From positions 1 through 40,696 of IMG/VR virus record IMGVR_UViG_3300017792_000001: DNA of 40,696 nt; one strand, given 5' to 3'. The stretch is from a virus. Taxonomy: Duplodnaviria > Heunggongvirae > Uroviricota > Caudoviricetes. A program made the translations under genes and the position numbers. The notes under the pieces were generated by a model. It saw nothing but the letters and a program-made list of their open reading frames with translations, ran no database searches and had not been told where the DNA came from. This document shows, in pieces, positions 16,897 to 24,393 of this stretch. How positions within the stretch are numbered: position 1 is the stretch's first letter; the number at the start of each line of letters is the position of its first letter.

Positions 16897-17333
16897 CAGA
16901 CAAGCCGAAAATAGGAACCGCATGGAAGTTGGGTGACGACACGATCATCGTCATCAGCGTCCAGGTTGCGCAAAACTTCGACGAGCCCGGCTACCCAGAA
17001 GTACCGCTTGTTGGCTTCGTTCGTCTCGGTGGGTGTCCAGAAGGCGAGCGTAAAGAACGCTTCACTACCCTGAAGCGCTTCCACGAGATTGCAACGCCGA
17101 ACAGAACAGCGCGCACTGCATATGCACCGTATCTCGTTGATCGCGCTGACGGATGTAAAGGTCACTATGCTATCGGTCGTTGGAATCCTGGCGGCTACCA
17201 AGAAGTCTGGAATCTACGCGCACATTGCTGGACGGCAGCGAGTGATGAAGTGCTGACACTGGAAGAAGCGACCAAGATGCTGGAGTCGATTAGCTTCCAC
17301 CCAATGACACCGAGCATACGGAGTCCGCAATGA
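16893..17333 (+). CDS. hypothetical protein
   Basis: GGGGG SD, ATGA overlap. Confidence 0.75.
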   Translation: MTDKPKIGTAWKLGDDTIIVISVQVAQNFDEPGYPEVPLVGFVRLGGCPEGERKERFTTLKRFHEIATPNRTARTAYAPYLVDRADGCKGHYAIGRWNPGGYQEVWNLRAHCWTAASDEVLTLEEATKMLESISFHPMTPSIRSPQ

Positions 17334-17758
17334 CTATTCAACGCACGACGCTGCACGGCCACAAAGCCACACGTCGCATCAAGTGGTACAACCCAAAGTC
17401 GATCTGGGATAAAGATGGCGAGCAGTACATCAACGTTTTCGTGATCGCGATCATTGAGGAAAAGGGTTTCGAGTTGTTTGCTGTGACTGCGCAACTCGGT
17501 ATCGACGGTCGTGGTCGTCACGTATTACCGCACAGCATAGTTGCACCGAAAGGTCGCTTTGCTTACGGCGGTAAGAGCGAAGGTACCACAGTGATCTATG
17601 CTGTCGGCGCACCTGTCGGTCGGCTTGAAGAAGCGGGGCGTGAGCTAGTTGCGGGTCTCAACAAGATGACAGTGCGCGATATGTGGATGCCTCCAGTGGG
17701 TGTTAAGCGCGGACAGATTCAAATCCCTTCACCAGAACACATCAGGACTCCAGTATGA
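17330..17758 (+). CDS. hypothetical protein
   Basis: GGAG SD, ATGA overlap. Confidence 0.8.
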   Translation: MTIQRTTLHGHKATRRIKWYNPKSIWDKDGEQYINVFVIAIIEEKGFELFAVTAQLGIDGRGRHVLPHSIVAPKGRFAYGGKSEGTTVIYAVGAPVGRLEEAGRELVAGLNKMTVRDMWMPPVGVKRGQIQIPSPEHIRTPV

Positions 17759-18228
17759 AACAGCAGAACCTGGAAATCGACGCATCCCAAACCTTTCTCG
17801 CCCGTCTGTTTGCGACTGTGCTGGCGCCTTTCTTCGGGCAGCGTGTTGACGACGTGAACCTTCGCGAAATGAACGCGGCTATGGTCAGCGCCAACATTGA
17901 CCCGATCTTCGCAACCAACATCGAAGTAACGGTCAACGACGAATGCATACGCGGTTCGTTTGAAGTCGCGGTATCGTTCACGCACGGCGGCAGTCAAGAC
18001 AAGGCCATGATCTACGTCACCGAAGCTGACTTGGGTCTTGGTGAAGTTAGCGCACTGGACGAGTATGCCGCTGCTATTGAACTGCACGGTGCTCGACTCT
18101 CTGCGCTCATGGACAAAGCGCGTAGCTGCCCGGCTGACCAGCGCATGGTGAGTCTCGCACACACCAATCTCCAGCAAGCGTTCTTCTGGTTGCGTGAAGC
18201 ACACAAGGAGCCGAAGCATGGGTACTGA
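17755..18228 (+). CDS. hypothetical protein with C-terminal Acb2-like helical hairpin domain
   Basis: C-terminal DL...EV...D.....IELHG.RL.AL.DK.R..P.DQR.VSLAHTNLQQAF..L..A..EP resembles Acb2-family sponges; key ligand residues appear substituted. Confidence 0.55.
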   Translation: MKQQNLEIDASQTFLARLFATVLAPFFGQRVDDVNLREMNAAMVSANIDPIFATNIEVTVNDECIRGSFEVAVSFTHGGSQDKAMIYVTEADLGLGEVSALDEYAAAIELHGARLSALMDKARSCPADQRMVSLAHTNLQQAFFWLREAHKEPKHGY

Positions 18229-19090
18229 ATTCTTTCCCGATGATACGGTGCAGTATCGCATCCAGATCATCGTCAACCAGTATCACGATCACCACCTGGC
18301 AGCCGTAACCAAGCAGAAGATTCAGGATCAGCTTAACCGCGACATCCCTGTCTACTGTGCTGCCAAGCTGGTGGTTGCCGACGACGAGGCACTTGAAAGC
18401 CACGGCGCCATTCGTGTGACGTGTGAAGTTCGCGGGGAGAAGCGCAGCTATGAGGTGTTCGCGCAGCACCAAGACGAAATGCCAATGTTGCCTCCGCTTT
18501 CTGTAGAGGAGCTTGCCGAGTCAAGCGCAATCTGGGAAGCAAAGCGCAAGCCGCCCGCGAAAGTTGTGATGATCTTGGCTATCGCTGAGAACAACGTCAT
18601 CGGTAAAAACGGTGCATTGCCTTGGCACATCCCCAACGACCTGAAGTTCTTCAAAGATCAGACCACGGGTCAACCTCTGGTCATTGGTCGTCGCACGTAC
18701 TGGAGCATGCCGAAGTCCGTTTGGAAGACACGCTATGCCAACGTGTTGACCTCCGACATCGAAAGCGTGTGCATGCCAGATGCTGGACAATGGCACGTCG
18801 GCGGCTGCATTCGTTCCATGGTGAACATGGCGAAGGTCAACTACAACGCCGACACCGTGTTCATCGCTGGTGGTAAGCGAGTCTATGAGGATGCGCTGCG
18901 TTACGATCTGGTCGATGAAATCCTGATCAGCCACGTCAAGGGCGACTTCGAAGGCAACGTCAAGCTTGAACTCGATCTGGACTTCCTGGGTTTCAGCGAG
19001 GGTGTCGTCGAACTCGAAGATCCACAGTTCACTGTGAAGCGCTACATTCGCCAGCGCGGCGCCAAGTTTGGAGTAGATACCAATGAATGA
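18218..19090 (+). CDS. dihydrofolate reductase with ~115-aa N-terminal extension
   Basis: AAGGAG SD; ILAIAENNVIGKNGALPWHIPNDLKFFKDQTTGQPLVIGRRTY and FIAGG..VY DHFR motifs begin at ~18563. Confidence 0.88.
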   Translation: MGTEFFPDDTVQYRIQIIVNQYHDHHLAAVTKQKIQDQLNRDIPVYCAAKLVVADDEALESHGAIRVTCEVRGEKRSYEVFAQHQDEMPMLPPLSVEELAESSAIWEAKRKPPAKVVMILAIAENNVIGKNGALPWHIPNDLKFFKDQTTGQPLVIGRRTYWSMPKSVWKTRYANVLTSDIESVCMPDAGQWHVGGCIRSMVNMAKVNYNADTVFIAGGKRVYEDALRYDLVDEILISHVKGDFEGNVKLELDLDFLGFSEGVVELEDPQFTVKRYIRQRGAKFGVDTNE

Positions 19091-19364
19091 AGTTCCACCA
19101 CCAGAGCACGCAGGTAACGAGAACTGGAAGCCCTTGCTCATGTTCACTGACCAGAGCCCATCGTTTGCTTACGGTGCTGAGTTCGGCATGATCTATGAGC
19201 GCCTGTCTTCGAAGACGTTCAAACCTCAGGCCGTGCGTGTCGAGAACCAGGAAGTGCTGAAAGCTGCGGCTGCCCACTTCGGTCACGTAGCAGTGTTCAC
19301 CGAGAGCGAAGTCGAAGGTTGGCTGTTCATGGATCTGGAGCCCTTCAAGCTGTCTGTCGTATAG
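19083..19364 (+). CDS. hypothetical protein
   Basis: GGAG SD; overlap with upstream stop. Confidence 0.8.
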   Translation: MNEVPPPEHAGNENWKPLLMFTDQSPSFAYGAEFGMIYERLSSKTFKPQAVRVENQEVLKAAAAHFGHVAVFTESEVEGWLFMDLEPFKLSVV

Positions 19365-19373
19365 GAGACCGTC

Positions 19374-19727
19374 GTGCCAAAGAAAAGCGAAAAGATCAAA
19401 CTCAACTCCATCTTATTCATCTATGAAGTCTTCGGTGACAGCGCCCTGATCTTCTTCATTCCTGACGGTAACACGCTGGACAAGACGGTGCGTATCGCTA
19501 TGCGGACAGCGCGCAACACATTCAGCAACGGGGATGAACTGACCACAGAGCAAGAACTGGCCCACGACGTTCTCAACGCCGCCATGACCGACGATGAAAA
19601 CGCGAAGGGACTGGATCACATTCACATGCCCTTTGCTGGGCTGCTACTGCCGTTCAAAGTGACAGACCAGAAAAGTTTGCAGTCCAGCGCGAAGCTGAAC
19701 TACGTGCGCTGTGGAACATACGCCTGA
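19374..19727 (+). CDS. hypothetical protein
   Basis: AGGAG SD, GTG start; followed by a terminator. Confidence 0.8.
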   Translation: MPKKSEKIKLNSILFIYEVFGDSALIFFIPDGNTLDKTVRIAMRTARNTFSNGDELTTEQELAHDVLNAAMTDDENAKGLDHIHMPFAGLLLPFKVTDQKSLQSSAKLNYVRCGTYA

Positions 19728-19730
19728 CAG

Positions 19731-19754
19731 AGGGGAGCTATATGCTCCCTTTCT
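19731..19754 (+). terminator. intrinsic terminator (similar to 24363-24387)
   Basis: GGGAGC-TATAT-GCTCCC stem followed by TTTCT. Confidence 0.7.
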
Positions 19755-19769
19755 CAGGTCCCCACAGCG

Positions 19770-19894
19770 AGATACCTGAACTATAAACATAACCGTTAGA
19801 GTGGTTGTACTACTGATTGCAGTAGTGTATAATGAACTTACGAGAGCTAACCCGAGCAGACTGCTTACTGGTTACGCGCTTAGGTTAGGTTACT
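19770..19894 (+). repeat. 125-bp regulatory cassette, copy A
   Basis: Homologous to 24394-24518; end boxes 24/25 and 21/25 identical between copies; the two boxes are imperfect inverted repeats of each other. Confidence 0.9.
19805..19833 (+). promoter_or_regulatory. sigma70 promoter with palindrome in the spacer
   Basis: TTGTAC-17 nt-TATAAT with extended TG; ACTACTG-ATTG-CAGTAGT inverted repeat overlaps the -35 and spacer. Confidence 0.85.
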
Positions 19895-19930
19895 CAATCG
19901 AACATGAACCCCATCAGAGAGACTACGAAC

Positions 19931-20215
19931 ATGACTACTGCAACCGCTCGCAAGACCACCACCGCTACTACCGCTATCAAAACCAAACCAGTTAAGAAGG
20001 TCGTTGCCATGAAGACTGCTGCCAAGAAAGTTGTCGCTATCAAACCAACGGCCAAGAAAGCTGCAAAGCCAGCTCGTGCCAAGAAGCCAGTGGTCAAAGT
20101 CCCACGTGCTCCACGCATGACTAACGATCAGCGTCAGATGGCTGCTGTCAACAAGTTTGCAGCTACCAAGTTGGTCAGCGGCTTGATCGCTACCTACGTT
20201 CGTGAGAGCGGCTAG
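19931..20215 (+). CDS. Lys/Ala-rich histone-H1-like protein; N-terminal part of an amber-interrupted ORF (19931-20935)
   Basis: KKVVAMKTAAKKVVAIKPTAKKAAKPARAKKP repeats; ends in TAG 20213-20215 in frame with the next ORF. Confidence 0.75.
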   Translation: MTTATARKTTTATTAIKTKPVKKVVAMKTAAKKVVAIKPTAKKAAKPARAKKPVVKVPRAPRMTNDQRQMAAVNKFAATKLVSGLIATYVRESG

Positions 20216-20254
20216 AAGATCGTCACCCACGTTGATCAGCCAGAAGTCAAGGCT

Positions 20255-20935
20255 GTGCTGAACCGTGACGTGTTTGTTCGTGACGCGCACACCCAGAAGC
20301 TGGTGAAACTGGGTCGCGTTGAAAGCGCACTGGCTAGCGTTTCCCCGCATCACATGGGCTTGTTCAACATCTACACAGTCTGGGTTGACGATGGCCAACT
20401 GCCTCTGCACCAGATCCGCAAGATCGGTACAAAGTTTGTGTTTGACGCTTCGCTGCCTATGCCGAACAAACGTCAAACTCACTTGGTTGATCGTATCGAC
20501 TTCGACCAGCCTCGCGGCAAGAAGCCACGCAGCAACATTGACCCGCTGGCTACTGTGAAGCAGGAAGAAGACAACCAGTCGCTGGGTTACAAAGCCGCCG
20601 CTGTTAAGCGTGGCATCGCAGCTTCCCGCAAGAAGCCTGGTACTCTGGACGTGCGTGAGCGCAACGACCTGGAAATCGCCAAGTCGGAAGTGAAGCTGAC
20701 CAAGGTTGAAGGCGAGTTGAGCGGTGCAGCAATCGCCAAGGGTACTGCCGTCATCATCGACTCCGAGATTCGCGGTGACGTGATCAAGACGACCAAGATC
20801 CTGATCGAAGGTAAAGGCACCAAGCGCAGCCCGTTCGTGAAGCGTCGTTACATCTTCACCGAGAAAGGTCAGAAGTGCCCAGTTGCTGACCTGAAGATCG
20901 TCCGTGGCAAACTGCGCGACGTTGTTGGCGCATAA
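20255..20935 (+). CDS. basic hypothetical protein; C-terminal part of the amber-interrupted ORF
   Basis: Same frame as 19931-20215, open from 20216; no well-spaced SD before GTG 20255. Confidence 0.7.
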   Translation: MLNRDVFVRDAHTQKLVKLGRVESALASVSPHHMGLFNIYTVWVDDGQLPLHQIRKIGTKFVFDASLPMPNKRQTHLVDRIDFDQPRGKKPRSNIDPLATVKQEEDNQSLGYKAAAVKRGIAASRKKPGTLDVRERNDLEIAKSEVKLTKVEGELSGAAIAKGTAVIIDSEIRGDVIKTTKILIEGKGTKRSPFVKRRYIFTEKGQKCPVADLKIVRGKLRDVVGA

Positions 20936-20948
20936 CTCAAACATTCAC

Positions 20949-20967
20949 AAGGGGCTCCGGCCCCTTT
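20949..20967 (+). terminator. stem-loop / weak terminator
   Basis: AAGGGGC-TCCG-GCCCCTT followed by T. Confidence 0.55.
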
Positions 20968-20988
20968 CACCAATTCTGGAGCACGAAC

Positions 20989-22257
20989 ATGACCACACGT
21001 ACTATTCGCGAGCGCGTTATCGCAATCATCGCCGAACAATTCGGTTTGAAGTTTGACATCATCAAAGACACTGACACCGTAGAGAGTCTTGGTGGTGACA
21101 GCTTGGACGCCGTCGAAACCCTCATGGGGCTCGAAGAAGAATTCGAGTGCCCGGATGTAGACGACGATGAAGCCATGCATTGGATGACTGTCGCCGATGT
21201 CGTGGCATATTTTGAGAAGCTGAGCCAGCCTCAAGTTGAAGCAGCTAAGCCGGCGCGTAAAAAGCCAGTTCACCCGTCCACCGTCAACGCGGTAAAGAAA
21301 GCGCCTAAAGCATCGGCCTTCGACGTGCCGAGCATTGCTGGCTACGCACACCGTGCCGAAGTCGAGTTCAAGCAAATCAAGTTCCGCTTCGGCAATGACA
21401 GCCAGAAGGCTCTCAAGAAGGTCGGTGACGCTGAGCAGAAAGCTACAGACAAGGCACTGGCTGCTGGTGTCAAAGCTGACAAACTCACCACCACGATCGT
21501 GGCTGAGAACAAAGCAACGCCTGCGGCAAAACAGGTTCAACCGCATCTGAGCGCTATTCGCCTGTACCTGGTGCGTAAAGTGCGTGCAACTCAAGAACTG
21601 GTTGCAGGCCCGTTTGCGTTTCGTGAACAAGCGCGTACTGCACTGCGCAACTTCCTAATGGCAAACCATCAGGTCGATCCACGCCAGATGTTCATGCGTA
21701 TGGGCCGCGAACTGAATCACGGCAAGTTCACCGTGGCTAAAGGTCTGCGTCTGCCGAAGGCCAAGGTAATCTCGGTTCGCACTGACGCACGACCAAAGGC
21801 TACTGCCAAGCAGATTGCACAACGCAAGGCGAGTCAAGCTGCAACTAACGCCCGTCGTGCCGTGATTCGCTCAAACCGTTTGATCACTACAGCCATTCGT
21901 ATCAAGTCTGGCAGCCTGTATGTACTCGACAAGCGCGACCGCATCGTTGCAGGTCCTTTCAGCACGTTGAAAGCGGCGCACGAAGTTTGCATGGGTATCA
22001 AAGACCAGTACGTGCAAACGGGTGCGCGCTGCCGTAATGACAACCTGGGTTACATCCTAGGATTCAAACCAGCAACACCCGCCAAAGTCACCGGCGGTAT
22101 GTTTGCAGTCGGTGCTCCAATGATGATCGCCGCTGTTCGCACCAAGATCACCGCATACGATTCGAAAACCAAGACAGTCACGACTGGTCTTGGCACTGTG
22201 CATCCGTGTGCAGACTTCTTCATCAACTACCACAAGGCCATGCTGGCCGTCGCATAA
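20989..22257 (+). CDS. acyl carrier protein domain fused to a ~340-aa basic region
   Basis: Residues 1-77 align with AcpP (IRERV..II.EQ.G......LG.DSLD.VE..M.LEEEF.....DDEA....TV.D...Y); Ser38 attachment site intact. Confidence 0.85.
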   Translation: MTTRTIRERVIAIIAEQFGLKFDIIKDTDTVESLGGDSLDAVETLMGLEEEFECPDVDDDEAMHWMTVADVVAYFEKLSQPQVEAAKPARKKPVHPSTVNAVKKAPKASAFDVPSIAGYAHRAEVEFKQIKFRFGNDSQKALKKVGDAEQKATDKALAAGVKADKLTTTIVAENKATPAAKQVQPHLSAIRLYLVRKVRATQELVAGPFAFREQARTALRNFLMANHQVDPRQMFMRMGRELNHGKFTVAKGLRLPKAKVISVRTDARPKATAKQIAQRKASQAATNARRAVIRSNRLITTAIRIKSGSLYVLDKRDRIVAGPFSTLKAAHEVCMGIKDQYVQTGARCRNDNLGYILGFKPATPAKVTGGMFAVGAPMMIAAVRTKITAYDSKTKTVTTGLGTVHPCADFFINYHKAMLAVA

Positions 22258-22266
22258 GGAGAGAGC

Positions 22267-22599
22267 ATGACCCCGCATTTACCTGGAGACGTCGCTTCGC
22301 CCGAAGAAGGTGAAGCGTGCCAAACGTGTGGTAAACCAGCCACACAGAAACTCTGCTTTGAGGCTGACAGCTTCGGTGCAGACTACGCATACCTGTGTGA
22401 CGAGCACTTTGAGGAAGAACGCGAAGCCATGCGCAACGCTGACACCTCTGGTGCTTGCGACTGGTGCAAGAAGCACAGCGAGAAGCGATTCCCGCAGCGT
22501 GATCTAGAGGAGGGTAGCCACGGTGCAGTGTATGACGTGTGCCGTCCATGTATCGACAAACTTCATGCGTCTTGGCGTGAAGAACTGGAGGAAGACTGA
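22267..22599 (+). CDS. Cys-rich putative zinc-finger protein
   Basis: CxxC...LCDEH and CxxC...CxxC ligand sets; GGAG SD. Confidence 0.8.
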   Translation: MTPHLPGDVASPEEGEACQTCGKPATQKLCFEADSFGADYAYLCDEHFEEEREAMRNADTSGACDWCKKHSEKRFPQRDLEEGSHGAVYDVCRPCIDKLHASWREELEED

Positions 22600-22880
22600 T
22601 GGCTAAGCTACGCGATAAACAGGTTGCACTTTCACTGGCAGAAGCAGTCCTCGCAACCGCGAAAGCGCGTGAGGAAAGTTACGATCAGGTGGGCGCCGAC
22701 ATGGCATCTGTGAGCGCTCAAAACAATAGCATCGGTTTTGACGCCGAGACCTATTACAAGCTCACCATTCAACAGGCTGCTGAGCAGTGCTGCCCCGCAC
22801 CGTTCGTTGAGCCAGTAGCCATGCTGTTGCGCAACAACTGGAACGACAGCCTCGATTGGGCAAAGAACGCTGTACTGTAA
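22599..22880 (+). CDS. hypothetical protein
   Basis: GGAGG SD, TGATG overlap. Confidence 0.8.
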   Translation: MAKLRDKQVALSLAEAVLATAKAREESYDQVGADMASVSAQNNSIGFDAETYYKLTIQQAAEQCCPAPFVEPVAMLLRNNWNDSLDWAKNAVL

Positions 22881-22882
22881 AC
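22873..22882 (+). promoter_or_regulatory. TACTGTAAAC variant of the promoter motif
   Basis: 9/10 match, at the gene end, 48 nt before ATG 22931. Confidence 0.55.
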
Positions 22883-22930
22883 ACTCACTGACAGAGCGTC
22901 TATGTTGGGCGCTCTAACCGAGGAACGAAA

Positions 22931-24346
22931 ATGTCTATCTCTCCAAATCTGAACATGCTTATCGGCGGCATTCAAGTTGCACAACTTCCGGGCGCGGCAG
23001 CGGTATCCGTCTTCAACCTGATTTACGAGAACCGCGAACTCGCGCACACCCACGATGCGTTCGCCAAGATCAGTCAACTCCGTCCACTGGCTCAGGCTAT
23101 CAACATTCGCCTGACTCCGAATGCGCCGCGTCTGGCTGCAGCTGGTGCCAAGACTGAGCTGGCATTCAGCCCGTTCGAAGCGCTGAGCCTGTTCCACATC
23201 ATCGGCGCAAACATCACGCTGCGTCAAGCTGAACTGGCTCTGGTCACTGGCCGTATCGCGGTCGATCAAACCCATGCTGATGACGAGGAAGCTGAACCTT
23301 CCACCACCGAAGAAATCGCGCATGAACTGTGCGACCAACTCGACAGCGCGCAAATCTACCAGATCGTTGCGAAGCTGCCGCTGGACGGTATCGTTGCATC
23401 GCAGACCGCCGACTTCGACCTGGCTATGGCTTTGCTTGAACAGTACGGCGATACCAAGATCCAGATGACGCTGCTGGAACTCGGCATCGACTTCATTCAC
23501 CCGGACGAACCAAGCGAACCTTCTGTTATCGACACCGAAGACAGCGAAGAATTCATCGCCGAAATCCAGGATCAACTGGGCGACGACAAGATCACCAAGC
23601 TGGTCAAGGAATTCATCACCGAAGAAGATGAAGACGACGAGCCGGACATGCTGCTGGACCTGGTTGTCGAGCGCCATGGTATCGAAGCCGTTCACCAGAA
23701 GATCATCGACCTGGGCTTCGAATTCACCTCCGACCTCCTGGAAATGGAAGACCCGGACGAGTTTGAAGCGGAAGATGAAGACGAAGGCCCTGCTGCTCCG
23801 TCTGACTACGCGCTGACTGTACTGCGCAACGATCTGGAAGGCCTGCATCACAACGACCAGGTGATCCTGACCAAAGCTGTCGAGCACTCGGCAGAAGACA
23901 CGTCGGCCATGTCCTCGATGGTTGACTTCCTGATGGAGCACCCGAGCTACACCCTCGAAGCTCTGAAAGAGCACGGCATCCATCTGCAAAACTTCAAGGC
24001 AGTAATGCGCCTGCAGGACGAAGACGAAGACCGCGAAGAACGTCTGCACCGTCTCGACATTCAGGACCTGGAAATCCTGTGCGACGTGCTCGGCATCAAT
24101 CGCGTAGATCAAGACCACGACGATCTGATCGACCTGCTGTGCTGCCGTCCGCAGAGCGAGTTTGAATCTGCCCTGGAAATCACGGACATCGTATTGCCAG
24201 GTCTGGACTACGGCAGCGAAGAACCAACCATCGACGAGTACCGTGCAAACTTCGAACACATCGCCCACCTGACAATGCTGCAATCGGCGGTAGCTGCCTG
24301 CATCGCTGACAGCACGCAAGACCTGGTCCTCAGCTTCACGCACTAA
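22931..24346 (+). CDS. very acidic protein with an internal ~60-aa duplication
   Basis: GAGGA SD; D/E-rich linkers; duplicated unit at 23309-23494 and 23546-23725. Confidence 0.85.
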   Translation: MSISPNLNMLIGGIQVAQLPGAAAVSVFNLIYENRELAHTHDAFAKISQLRPLAQAINIRLTPNAPRLAAAGAKTELAFSPFEALSLFHIIGANITLRQAELALVTGRIAVDQTHADDEEAEPSTTEEIAHELCDQLDSAQIYQIVAKLPLDGIVASQTADFDLAMALLEQYGDTKIQMTLLELGIDFIHPDEPSEPSVIDTEDSEEFIAEIQDQLGDDKITKLVKEFITEEDEDDEPDMLLDLVVERHGIEAVHQKIIDLGFEFTSDLLEMEDPDEFEAEDEDEGPAAPSDYALTVLRNDLEGLHHNDQVILTKAVEHSAEDTSAMSSMVDFLMEHPSYTLEALKEHGIHLQNFKAVMRLQDEDEDREERLHRLDIQDLEILCDVLGINRVDQDHDDLIDLLCCRPQSEFESALEITDIVLPGLDYGSEEPTIDEYRANFEHIAHLTMLQSAVAACIADSTQDLVLSFTH

Positions 24347-24362
24347 CAGCGCAACGCCACAC

Positions 24363-24387
24363 AGAGGGAGCTTCGGCTCCCTCTTTT
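24363..24387 (+). terminator. intrinsic terminator
   Basis: AGAGGGAGC-TTCG-GCTCCCTCT perfect 9-bp stem followed by TTT. Confidence 0.9.
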
Positions 24388-24393
24388 GCGTCT

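Noticed and set aside
19809-19826. LexA/SOS box in the cassette promoters
   Set aside because: Spacing is CTG-N4-CAG, not the gammaproteobacterial CTG-N10-CAG
19770-19894. dif/Xer or lox-like recombination sites
   Set aside because: Each 25-bp box is built from direct, not inverted, half-sites and no recombinase is in the window; inversion remains only a hypothesis
20213-20215. Genome-wide TAG recoding (code 15)
   Set aside because: TAG terminates genes cleanly at 1540, 2123, 13655, 19364 and 39770, several times overlapping the next SD; only one internal amber was seen
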